Below, one piece after another: positions 54,551-64,000 of a stretch of 64,000 nucleotides of DNA (within the stretch, counting starts at the first letter, position 1; each line of letters opens with the position of its first letter). Under the pieces are notes generated by a model, which was given only the letters and a program-made list of their open reading frames with translations, did no database searches and was not told where the DNA came from. The translations under genes were made by a program, and so were the position numbers. The stretch comes from Nitrosopumilus sp. (GTDB lineage: Archaea; Thermoproteota; Nitrososphaeria; Nitrososphaerales; Nitrosopumilaceae). The stretch is from NCBI GenBank assembly GCA_965223425.1, contig OZ245003.1, positions 1,440,001 through 1,504,000 of the forward strand, given 5' to 3'.

Positions 54551-55174
54551 CTATACAGAAAGTTCTGAGAACCTATTTTCAACATAATCCCAGTTGACAA
54601 CATTCCACCAGGCTTTGACATAATCAGGTCTCTTGTTTTGATGTTTTAGATAGTAAGCATGCTCCCAGACATCTAATCCTAACAAAGGTGTTTTCTGAAG
54701 AGTCCAAGGACTGGTTTGATTAAAAGTCGTAATAATTTCAATTTTGTTATAAGTGGGGTTAAAAACTAACCAGCACCAACCACTTCCTTGAAGTGTGATT
54801 GCTTTTTCTGAAAAAACTTTTTTAAAATTTTCAAAGTTATTAAAATAAACATCGATAGAATCTTCAAGTTTTCCTCCAGGCATCCCATCACTGTTCGGGA
54901 TCATTGTTTCCCAAAACAATCTATGATTTTCAAAACCCCCACCAAAAAAATTAATTGCATTTTGTCCAGATTCAGGAATTGATTTTAAATCAGAGAGGAT
55001 AGATGAAATGTATTGAGGGTGAGATTCGCCTCCAACTCGTTTAAGAGAGTTGTTTAGACCATCAACATATGATTGATGGTGTTTTTGGTGATGAATCTTC
55101 ATTGTTTCTGCATCGATAAATGGCTCCAATTCATCATATCCGTATGGCAGTTTGGGAAGTTGATATCTAACCAT
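54551..55174 (-). CDS. sod: Fe/Mn superoxide dismutase
   Basis: HHQKHH, NHRLFW, GSGW, DVWEHAYY. Confidence 0.96.
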   Translation of the reverse strand: MVRYQLPKLPYGYDELEPFIDAETMKIHHQKHHQSYVDGLNNSLKRVGGESHPQYISSILSDLKSIPESGQNAINFFGGGFENHRLFWETMIPNSDGMPGGKLEDSIDVYFNNFENFKKVFSEKAITLQGSGWCWLVFNPTYNKIEIITTFNQTSPWTLQKTPLLGLDVWEHAYYLKHQNKRPDYVKAWWNVVNWDYVENRFSELSV

Positions 55175-55258
55175 AAATCAAATTATTTGAATCCACATAT
55201 ATTCTTCAAGAACAAAACCCAAATCAAGTTTTTATTGAAAAGCATTTCTGAGTACATT

Positions 55259-55876
55259 ATGAGAAGACTGGGAACGACTGATTTAGAAATTTTACATTTA
55301 GCTATTCAAGAAAATGGAACATTTAATGAAAGCAACCTAGAAAATTCAGAATTAAAGAGGTTGGGAGTAGGGAGAATTCTAGATGCGTTGGCATCACTAA
55401 AAGATAGAAAGATGATCTCGCTTAACAGTGATGGTTCTTTTTCCATTACAGATGTTGCAAAAGAGATTCTTTGGACTGATAAAATTCCAACATGGGCAAA
55501 AATCCTGCGTCTTCTTCAGATAAAATCTTGCAATATGAAAGATATGGCAGACATCCTCAGAACAGCAGAAGATAAACTCATAGAAGATGTAGAAAGGTTA
55601 AGAAAAAATCAGCTCATTCTAATGTCACCACAAAGACAAAACGATAGACTTGTCAAGGTGTATGAAATACTTCCTGAGGGAACAGTTCAAATCGACAGAA
55701 CAGAAACGGAGGGATTTGGGAGTAATGCATGTTTTGATAAAATCAAACCGAAAATAGAAATTCTAAGCATGATAAATGAGATTGTAAAAGACATCCAAGA
55801 TTCTCAAATTGAAGAACCAAAAAAAGAAAGCATTTCAGAAAAGCTATATAAATTAAAAGACAAGTTAGAAATTTAA
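55259..55876 (+). CDS. double winged-helix hypothetical protein
   Basis: From MRRLG; two wHTH-like segments. Confidence 0.7.
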   Translation: MRRLGTTDLEILHLAIQENGTFNESNLENSELKRLGVGRILDALASLKDRKMISLNSDGSFSITDVAKEILWTDKIPTWAKILRLLQIKSCNMKDMADILRTAEDKLIEDVERLRKNQLILMSPQRQNDRLVKVYEILPEGTVQIDRTETEGFGSNACFDKIKPKIEILSMINEIVKDIQDSQIEEPKKESISEKLYKLKDKLEI

Positions 55877-57601
55877 TTATTTTGAGCGAATCTTGTCTTG
55901 TATTTGAGCCAAAATTAATTCTGCTTTGTTCTTGTTTTCATAGTTTTCAACAGACTCGTCCATGATTTCATCAATTTCATAGCTTTTATCTACCAAGATA
56001 TTTGCAACATGATCGTCCAAAGTGCCGTTTCCAATTAGATAATATGCAAATACAGTGTTTTTTTGTCCAATTCTATGAAGTCTGTCTTCAGCTTGTCTAT
56101 GAATTGCAGGACTCCAATCAAGTTCTGCAAAGATGACATATTTTGCTCTAGTTAAATTAATACCAACGTTTCCGGCACGAAGTCCTGCAATCATTAACTT
56201 TGATTCACCTTTTTGGAATTTATCAATCTGATCTTGTCTCAGTGAGTCTGTTTGTCCACCAATTATTGATACAGGAGAAAATTCTTGTAGGCTTTCATGG
56301 AGTAGTTTATGAATTACTTTATGATGGCAAAATACAACGACACTTTCTTCAATCTCCATAATATTTTTAACAAAATTAATTACATGTGGGAGTTTTGCAA
56401 CACCTGCAATTTGTCGTTCACTTTGAATAGCCCGTTGATATGATGCAGATTTTGAAAATTCCGTTTCTGCGTCTTTTTGCTCTTCTTCAAGTTTTTCCCA
56501 GATCTTATTTAATTCTTCAATATAATAATCAGTGTCAGATGCAATAACCTCTTTGTAGCGAACCTTATCTTTTAGTTCTTTTAAAACGTCAGATTTTTTT
56601 CGCCTAAGCATTACATGTTTCTGTAATTCATTTCTAAGAGAGGCACGCTTATTCTCTAAAACAATAGCTTTTCCTTTTTCATTGACATAACAAAAATATT
56701 CACAAAATTCTTTAAAACTTCCAAGAAGTCCTGGTTTTATGATATCAATTATTGGCCAAATTTCAGAACCGCGGTTGTAAATCGGGGTGCCAGAAAGGCC
56801 AATTCTATACAATACAGAAGGAAGCGCGGCAAGTTTTTTGACTGCTTTATATTTTTGAGTGGTCTTTGATCTTAGATTGTGAACTTCATCACAAACTATG
56901 GTCTTTATTCCAAGTTTTGCCAGATCATCGTTTCGTTTGAAAAGTAATTCATAGTTGATTACATAAATATCACTTTTTGGAAGTTCTTTAGATTTTCCGG
57001 TTCTAATAAGAGCAACGCTTGGTGTTTTTGACTCAATTATTCGACCGTTTCTACTTTTTTTCTTTAGAAATTTTTCAATTTCTCTTTCCCAATTGTTTAA
57101 CGTGACTAAAGGGGCAACCACAAGAACAGGGAATGTCTGCTTTTCAGTAGCCACGTAAGATAAAGTTTCAACAGTTTTCCCCAAACCCATCTCATCAGCT
57201 AGTAATGCATTACCAGAAGATTTTAACAAAAAGTCTAACCCTTCTTTTTGGAAGTTCAGAAGCTTTCCTCTAAACTGCTCACCAGTTTTTGCTCGTTTTA
57301 GTTTATGTTTAATTGGAGGCAGCGTAGGTTTTGGCGCATAAGTTTTTACAATTTTCCTTTGCCATGCATGTTTTGATAAAATTTCAAGTGGGTATCTGTC
57401 CATGATAAGTTTTATCTGTTTTACATTCTCAATATTATCAGAAACAATTACGTCATTTACATTTTCACCGTACCAAGCCTCAGGAACAAGTCTTGAGATC
57501 ATGCTGACAGCACGATCGCCAGAAATTTTCCAACTCCAAGTTTTAGAATATTTATCAAGCACATATTCTAATGTGCCAATGGTTTCCAGAGATGTTTTCA
57601 T
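55877..57601 (-). CDS. SNF2-family helicase
   Basis: LADEMGLGKT, DEVH, SGTPIYN, QAEDRLHRIGQ. Confidence 0.95.
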   Translation of the reverse strand: MKTSLETIGTLEYVLDKYSKTWSWKISGDRAVSMISRLVPEAWYGENVNDVIVSDNIENVKQIKLIMDRYPLEILSKHAWQRKIVKTYAPKPTLPPIKHKLKRAKTGEQFRGKLLNFQKEGLDFLLKSSGNALLADEMGLGKTVETLSYVATEKQTFPVLVVAPLVTLNNWEREIEKFLKKKSRNGRIIESKTPSVALIRTGKSKELPKSDIYVINYELLFKRNDDLAKLGIKTIVCDEVHNLRSKTTQKYKAVKKLAALPSVLYRIGLSGTPIYNRGSEIWPIIDIIKPGLLGSFKEFCEYFCYVNEKGKAIVLENKRASLRNELQKHVMLRRKKSDVLKELKDKVRYKEVIASDTDYYIEELNKIWEKLEEEQKDAETEFSKSASYQRAIQSERQIAGVAKLPHVINFVKNIMEIEESVVVFCHHKVIHKLLHESLQEFSPVSIIGGQTDSLRQDQIDKFQKGESKLMIAGLRAGNVGINLTRAKYVIFAELDWSPAIHRQAEDRLHRIGQKNTVFAYYLIGNGTLDDHVANILVDKSYEIDEIMDESVENYENKNKAELILAQIQDKIRSK

Positions 57602-57797
57602 AATTTGTCGATAGAATGTTTTTTTGCCTTATGAATCTTTCATGTTCCAATCGATCAACGCAGGGTAAATCAAAAACCTACAATGTTAAAATATAACAAA
57701 TATGGCACATTTAGGGAAAATAGTGAGCCATGGCTTCATCGTGCGGCAGTTCAAGAAATAAAATAACAAATATGGAATCATAAAACACACCTTAGAG

Positions 57798-58184
57798 ATG
57801 GCCGATGAGGGATTTGCATGGATTTATCTAATATTTTTCTTGGTTCCACTAGCAAGAATACTTCCACGCATAGTAAGAAAATGGAGAAACAAGGCACATG
57901 TTGAAAACCAAAATTATGCAAATAACCCAAAAGTGGAACAACGACAAGAATCATTTCAAAGACCACAGAACACGGAAATGAAAGTATTAGGAGAGATTAA
58001 TAGAGGAATTAAAAATTTCAGTAATATTCAAAAAAACCTTGCTTTAAGCAATCAGGAATTGGAAAGTATTTTAAAAAATTTAGAGAAACAAGAATTAATG
58101 AAAGTGGTAAAAAAAGGGAGTTTTTTTGGCATCAAAGTAGAGCTGCGTTCAACTGAAAAAGGTCAGAAAAGATATTATTCATAA
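57798..58184 (+). CDS. membrane-anchored wHTH hypothetical protein
   Basis: N-terminal TM, C-terminal wHTH-like segment. Confidence 0.7.
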   Translation: MADEGFAWIYLIFFLVPLARILPRIVRKWRNKAHVENQNYANNPKVEQRQESFQRPQNTEMKVLGEINRGIKNFSNIQKNLALSNQELESILKNLEKQELMKVVKKGSFFGIKVELRSTEKGQKRYYS

Positions 58185-58247
58185 AAAAAATCCTTCGATA
58201 TTTTAATTAGAACATACGTTTAAAATTCATTAGATGCCAGAAAAGTT

Positions 58248-58928
58248 GTGGAATTCACACAAAATGAAGAAGCCAACGTTGAAAAGCCAATCGTGATTGC
58301 AGCAATGCAAGATATGGGAGACGTTGGAAGTATTGTAGTAAATTTTATCAATGATTCTTTGAGGACAAAAGCATTCAGAGTTGCAAAAACATTGTTTCCA
58401 ACATATGTGATAGATAATGGAGGATACGTTGATATTCCAAATGAGAGTTGGGAATACAGATACGCAGACGACTTGATAATATTTGGTGGGAAAAAAGGAC
58501 AGCCACAAAGCAACAGTGAGATAAACACTTTGTGCCAAGATGTAATTGATGTTGCAAAAAAATACTCTGCAAAATTCATTTACACGTTAGGAGGTTTTCA
58601 TACTAATCGAATTTTAGACAATAACCCAAAGACATACATTACAACAACATCAAAGGAACTAACAAAGCAGATGGGAGGGCTTGACGTAGAAACAACTCCT
58701 CAAAAATCAATAATAACAGGATTTAATGGGTTGATTCTTGGATTTGCAAAGCAAAACGGAATTCACGGGATTGGCATGTATGGTGAATTAAATGAGCCTG
58801 AAATTCCACAATATAGGGCAGCAGTTAGCGTTATCAAAACTCTTGAAAAACTAACCTATAGAAAATTAGGGGACACAGGTCAATTAGAGGCCATGGCAAA
58901 AGAGGTTGAAAGAAAATTTAATAATTAA
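58248..58928 (+). CDS. PAC2 family proteasome assembly chaperone
   Basis: DMGDVG, QPQS, IYTLGG, ITGFNGLILG. Confidence 0.88.
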   Translation: MEFTQNEEANVEKPIVIAAMQDMGDVGSIVVNFINDSLRTKAFRVAKTLFPTYVIDNGGYVDIPNESWEYRYADDLIIFGGKKGQPQSNSEINTLCQDVIDVAKKYSAKFIYTLGGFHTNRILDNNPKTYITTTSKELTKQMGGLDVETTPQKSIITGFNGLILGFAKQNGIHGIGMYGELNEPEIPQYRAAVSVIKTLEKLTYRKLGDTGQLEAMAKEVERKFNN

Positions 58929-58930
58929 AA

Positions 58931-59065
58931 TCAATGAGGATTGCCAACCTGATGAGGTCCAGTATTTTCATCATGACAATCACACAAACACAAATGGGTT
59001 TTGTGGTTATTCATACAGTCAATGCATTCGTAATGTTTTCTTGTTTCACAAGCAGCACAAATCAT
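58931..59065 (-). CDS. 44-aa Cys/His-rich protein (not in ORF track)
   Basis: MICAACETRKHYECIDCMNNHKTHLCLCDCHDE... Confidence 0.55.
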   Translation of the reverse strand: MICAACETRKHYECIDCMNNHKTHLCLCDCHDENTGPHQVGNPH

Positions 59066-59120
59066 CTTACTAGTAATCAACAATAGATGAATTTGAGTTT
59101 TTTCTCATTTAAAAGGAAAG

Positions 59121-60494
59121 TCAATATTCCACCTCACTTCTTGCAAGTAGGTTATAGGTTAGATCGACATATCCTTGTGGATCAACTTCTTTTGCAAATC
59201 CCTTATCGATGTTTATGAGATAAATGGAATGTAGATGGGCATTTAGAATGTCCTCATACCGGATTGGCGGATTTTTATAGTAACGATCGCAAAGATTCTT
59301 GATTTTATCTACATCTTCTTTCTTCCTTGCATTTGGGGGCAACAAGAAAATTTTTGGTATTGGCAAGATTCCAGTAACAGGACTGGCTAATGAAAACTTT
59401 GAACAGTGCTTGCTATATCTTGAAACTTTACTCATTATTCTGGCAGCATAATAATCAACTGTGTCCATTGCATTCTCAGGAGGAGTAAACCCAGTCTCTA
59501 TTTCAACAATGGTATTCCCATCACCTTTTTTTGCAAAGATATCACATACTAAAATATCTGAAAGCGTCTGCTAAACGGGCCGCAGGCAAGACAGCTTGCA
59601 GCAGACCTGGATGCGGGGCCGGAGTCATGCGGCTTTGAGAGCAGCTTGTGGGATTCCAACCTCGTAAGGCTGCACATCAAGAGAAAGTTCGGCGTGCAGT
59701 ACAGCAAGACAGGTGTGCTGCAGCTGATCAAGGAGGTGGGCTTTTCGTGGAGCAAGGCGCGTCCAAAAAACCCAAAATCCACCTCAAAAAAAGAGCAAAA
59801 AGAGTTTCAGGGACGGGCAAAAAAACCCGTTGCAGAAAAGTCGGCGCAGGGATACGCCGTACCGGCCGGCGATGCATCCTCGATTCAAAGGGCATCAAAC
59901 AGGCCCGGCTACGGGTGGAGAAGGCGCGGCAAGCGCGCCACATCTCCCCCTCTGTTTTGCCACGCAAGAGAAGATACATTTAGAGTCCTGTCAGCAAGCG
60001 CATTTTACTTTATGTTTTATGAAAAGCCAGACAGCGACGGCTTTTGCAGCTTTTTGGAACGGGTTCACAAAAGATTCGGCAAGGTGCTGCTGTCTGTAGA
60101 CAATGCGTCATATCACAAATCCAAAAAGGCAAGGGAGTTTCTGGAAAGATACAATGACGGGATAGTTCTGGAGTACCTGCTGCCGTACACGCCGGAGCTT
60201 AATCCCATTGAGATGCAGTGGAGGGTAATAAAACGGGTACTGTCTGCAAAAGTGTTTGGCACGCTAGATGAGATGGAGCAGTCAGTACGCACGCTGTTTG
60301 CCAGAAAGGAGATCCTGCCTGTGAAAATGTTCAATTATTTAATGTGCTAACTATGTTGTCCTTCTGATCCTAGGCGGACTGACTTTTCGTACAATTGAGA
60401 CATAATTTAGTTTGGGCACATCATTTTCTTTGAGATTTTTGGACAGTTTCTCAGTCATCTCATAGACGTCGTTACGGAATTTTTCCAAATCCAT
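59121..60494 (-). pseudogene. host gene split by IS630 element C
   Basis: 5' part MDLEKFRNDVYEM (from 60494); 3' part DIFAKKGDGNTIVEIETG..MDTVDYY (59121-59548). Confidence 0.6.
59561..60353 (+). mobile_element. 5'-truncated IS630 element C
   Basis: GDASS, VDNASYHKS, YTPELNPIE; right end ...GTGCTAACTA. Confidence 0.88.
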
Positions 60495-60510
60495 GATTCA
60501 AAACTATGTA

Positions 60511-61881
60511 ATCTTATGTGCCCCGATCAAGGAAATCAGATGATAAGAGTGGTTCTGGTTCAGAAAACAGAGCCGGTACTGCAAGGATCAGAAATGCAAA
60601 CAAACACACAACCCCAGATCCGAGGATATGCATGTCAGCTGTCTTTGTCGGCCTGGATGTCCACAAGAAGACCATCCAGATGTCAGTCATGGATGAAAAC
60701 GGCGAGGAACTGCTCAACAAAGAGATAGCAAACACAGCCGAAGACATCAGGTACAACATAGGCTGTTTGCACAAGGACTCGAAGCTTGTGATGGAATCCT
60801 CGTCTGTCTGGAAGGCGCCGTTCTTTCAGATAAGAGACGAGCTAAGCATGGACGTGTCGCTGTCAAACCCGTACACCACCAAGCTCATAGCAGAGTCCAA
60901 AAAGAAGACTGACAAGGTGGATGCCAGAATTCTGGCAGACATGCACAGGGGAGGATACATAGTATCGTGCCACGTACCCACGTTGCAGAACATGAACAAC
61001 AGGGACCTGGTGAATTACCGGCACAACCTGGTACGCCACAGGACAGGACTGAAGAACTCCATACACGGCATACTGCTGCAGAGATCGATTCGGCCTGACG
61101 GCAAGCCGTTTTGCGGGCCATGGATTGCGCAGGTTCGAAAGATAAGCGACTATAGGATAGACTCGTACCTGGACACGATAAACAGCATAAACGACAAGAT
61201 ACTCCAGTCAGATGCAAGGGTGCGCCAGGCAGCAAAGGAGAACGAGGATGCAACTCTGCTGCAGACCGTTCCGGGTGTCGGGGCATACTCTGCACTGGTC
61301 ATTGCATGTACAATAGACGGCATAGGAAGGTTCGTCAACTCGCACAAGCTGTGCTCTTATGTCGGCGTTGTTCCGTCTGTGAGATCCTCCGGCGAGTCCG
61401 TGCACTATGGACACATAACGCACCATGGAAGCAGCATATGCAGGTGGGTTCTGACAGAGTGCGTCTTGTCGCATGTAAGGTATGCGCCAGAGTCTGACAT
61501 TTCGATATTCTACAAGAGGCTTGCAAAGAGGAGGGGCAAGGGACGTGCATCAGTGGCTGCTGCCTCAAAGCTGCTGCGAGTCATTTACCGCATGCTCAAG
61601 GAGAGAAGGGCGTTTGTTACAAATTACAGTCAGGATGCCAATTGCGATGAACTCGTTGAGGGACAGACCTAGTAGTCTGTATGCCTCGCCTTGTAATTGC
61701 ATTATACCCTGATAAAAGAATGGAGAATGATACTGAGGGATTGCCTCTGTGATTGCCTCGGATGGATAACTGTTCGCCTCTTTGTTGTCTTGGGCCTTTG
61801 CGGTCTGGAAATAATCCTAGCTTGTGCCGTACCTGTCAGGATGAAAAATGTTGGGAATTCTTATAAGGATGGCACATGGAT
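60511..61881 (+). mobile_element. IS110-family (IS1111-like) element, copy 1; recombinase ORF 60518-61672 (likely start MSAVF at 60632)
   Basis: GLDVHK, VMESS, KKTDKVDA (DEDD), TVPGVG, SSGES, HITHHG; subterminal IR ATGTGCC/GGCACAT; AT at both junctions. Confidence 0.93.
61630..61800 (+). ncRNA. predicted bridge/seekRNA of IS110 copy 1 (mirror copy about 62040-62210 on -)
   Basis: Two stem/internal-loop/hairpin modules carrying matches to target (TGAACTCGT, TTGTAAT) and donor (ATGGAT). Confidence 0.65.
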
Positions 61882-61957
61882 ACGAGTTCACGTCCCCTTA
61901 CAAATAGGCGCGAATTTTACGGAATTTGTGTTGTTTACGCAGAGTAGGTGAACTCAT

Positions 61958-63328
61958 ATCCATGTGCCATCCTTATAAGAATTCCCAACATTTTTCATCC
62001 TGACAGGTACGGCACAAGCTAGGATTATTTCCAGACCGCAAAGGCCCAAGACAACAAAGAGGCGAACAGTTATCCATCCGAGGCAATCACAGAGGCAATC
62101 CCTCAGTATCATTCTCCATTCTTTTATCAGGGTATAATGCAATTACAAGGCGAGGCATACAGACTACTAGGTCTGTCCCTCAACGAGTTCATCGCAATTG
62201 GCATCCTGACTGTAATTTGTAACAAACGCCCTTCTCTCCTTGAGCATGCGGTAAATGACTCGCAGCAGCTTTGAGGCAGCAGCCACTGATGCACGTCCCT
62301 TGCCCCTCCTCTTTGCAAGCCTCTTGTAGAATATCGAAATGTCAGACTCTGGCGCATACCTTACATGCGACAAGACGCACTCTGTCAGAACCCACCTGCA
62401 TATGCTGCTTCCATGGTGCGTTATGTGTCCATAGTGCACGGACTCGCCGGAGGATCTCACAGACGGAACAACGCCGACATAAGAGCACAGCTTGTGCGAG
62501 TTGACGAACCTTCCTATGCCGTCTATTGTACATGCAATGACCAGTGCAGAGTATGCCCCGACACCCGGAACGGTCTGCAGCAGAGTTGCATCCTCGTTCT
62601 CCTTTGCTGCCTGGCGCACCCTTGCATCTGACTGGAGTATCTTGTCGTTTATGCTGTTTATCGTGTCCAGGTACGAGTCTATCCTATAGTCGCTTATCTT
62701 TCGAACCTGCGCAATCCATGGCCCGCAAAACGGCTTGCCGTCAGGCCGAATCGATCTCTGCAGCAGTATGCCGTGTATGGAGTTCTTCAGTCCTGTCCTG
62801 TGGCGTACCAGGTTGTGCCGGTAATTCACCAGGTCCCTGTTGTTCATGTTCTGCAACGTGGGTACGTGGCACGATACTATGTATCCTCCCCTGTGCATGT
62901 CTGCCAGAATTCTGGCATCCACCTTGTCAGTCTTCTTTTTGGACTCTGCTATGAGCTTGGTGGTGTACGGGTTTGACAGCGACACGTCCATGCTTAGCTC
63001 GTCTCTTATCTGAAAGAACGGCGCCTTCCAGACAGACGAGGATTCCATCACAAGCTTCGAGTCCTTGTGCAAACAGCCTATGTTGTACCTGATGTCTTCG
63101 GCTGTGTTTGCTATCTCTTTGTTGAGCAGTTCCTCGCCGTTTTCATCCATGACTGACATCTGGATGGTCTTCTTGTGGACATCCAGGCCGACAAAGACAG
63201 CTGACATGCATATCCTCGGATCTGGGGTTGTGTGTTTGTTTGCATTTCTGATCCTTGCAGTACCGGCTCTGTTTTCTGAACCAGAACCACTCTTATCATC
63301 TGATTTCCTTGATCGGGGCACATAAGAT
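61958..63328 (-). mobile_element. IS110-family element, copy 2 (identical protein, inverted); ORF 62167-63321
   Basis: Reverse complement of copy 1, same 1371-bp length. Confidence 0.93.
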
Positions 63329-63484
63329 TACAAAACTATCTAGTTTTTCGGGGTTTAAGAGTTAGTTGTGATTCAACATGTTTCGTCTCAAGGCACAAAT
63401 CGAGTAAATTACTCAAATAAAATTGAAAAATGAGTAATTTTTCTTCATACTTTGTCTTAACAACAAAAATCAGAATGATTGTCC

Positions 63485-64000
63485 GTGTTCAAAAACAAGG
63501 CTATAACGATAGGATTATTCTCATTTTTAATGCTCCTTTCGTTTATTCCATCTATAGATGCAAAGCTATGGGAGCTAGTAGTCGATGTAAATGTAGAAAA
63601 AGGAGTAATCCATTCAGGCGAAACAGTAGTAATTTCCGGAAAAGTTGTAGATCATGCGTACAAGCCAATGGGTGAGGTCGAGGTATTCATCAGAACAGGT
63701 GCAGATACAACAAAGATATTCACAAACCCAGAAGGCGAGTTTAGAGGTGAATTCAAAAATCTGGAAAGAGTACCGGCAACGTATACAGTTAACGTAGTTG
63801 CATCATGGAACGGAATGACCGGTTTATCAAGCACACAGTTTCAGGTGAAAGGCGATGCAACGCCAGTTTCAGTATTGCAGAAAAAACTAGCTACGGATGA
63901 AGCAAAAAAATATCTAAGCGCTAATGAAAGTGACTTTGAGAAGAATCCAATCGGGCAAACTTTGTTCAAATACTATCATGGTTTATTACAAGAATTAATT
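63485..64000 (+). CDS. secreted hypothetical protein (partial)
   Basis: GTG start MFKNKAITIGLFSFLMLLSFIPSIDA, open to window end. Confidence 0.7.
   Translation, partial: MFKNKAITIGLFSFLMLLSFIPSIDAKLWELVVDVNVEKGVIHSGETVVISGKVVDHAYKPMGEVEVFIRTGADTTKIFTNPEGEFRGEFKNLERVPATYTVNVVASWNGMTGLSSTQFQVKGDATPVSVLQKKLATDEAKKYLSANESDFEKNPIGQTLFKYYHGLLQELI

Larger units (their letters stand above)
60508..63331. mobile_element. 86-bp GTAA-ended MITE with an IS110 inserted in each TIR
   Basis: 8-bp direct repeat AAAACTAT at 60500-60507 and 63332-63339; reconstructed TIR GTAATA(C/T)GAGTTCAC. Confidence 0.8.

Noticed and set aside
60518-60631. 38-aa N-terminal extension of the IS110 recombinase
   Set aside because: Starts within the subterminal IR; the family normally begins just before the GLD motif, so this is probably non-coding left end.
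60508-63331. Palindrome as a fold-back assembly or amplification chimera
   Set aside because: Unique asymmetric spacer, a mismatch in the inner IR, distinct outer flanks and an exact 8-bp TSD fit real insertions better; reads are still needed to confirm.
63406-63440. Inverted repeat AAATTACTCA/TGAGTAATTT
   Set aside because: Short, AT-rich and single; could be an operator but is unsupported.

Overview
64-kb window of a Nitrosopumilus-like (Nitrososphaerota) archaeal chromosome. Housekeeping genes (bioA/bioD, HMG-CoA synthase, GAPDH, thrC, CBS-TrkH, EF-2, mqnD/mqnE, SOD, SNF2 helicase, PAC2) are interspersed with roughly 16 kb (about 25%) of often nested insertion sequences (IS630, ISH3, IS5, IS66, IS481, TnpB, IS110), suggesting a host-associated lineage in IS expansion. 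The best candidate for a new system is 60500-63339. Two identical inverted IS110/IS1111-type elements each sit at the same position in one of the two terminal inverted repeats (TIRs) of an 86-bp GTAA-ended MITE that has an 8-bp TSD. The 3' region of each element encodes a predicted bridge/seekRNA whose guide segments match that TIR, which points to an RNA-guided recombinase parasitising the ends of another mobile element. Also notable: a TnpB gene bounded by perfect 25-bp TIRs that share GGTTCTG ends with dispersed 47-bp palindromes, an IS630 that duplicates CG rather than TA, and an atypical tRNA-Phe. All calls come from reading the sequence; no database searches were run.
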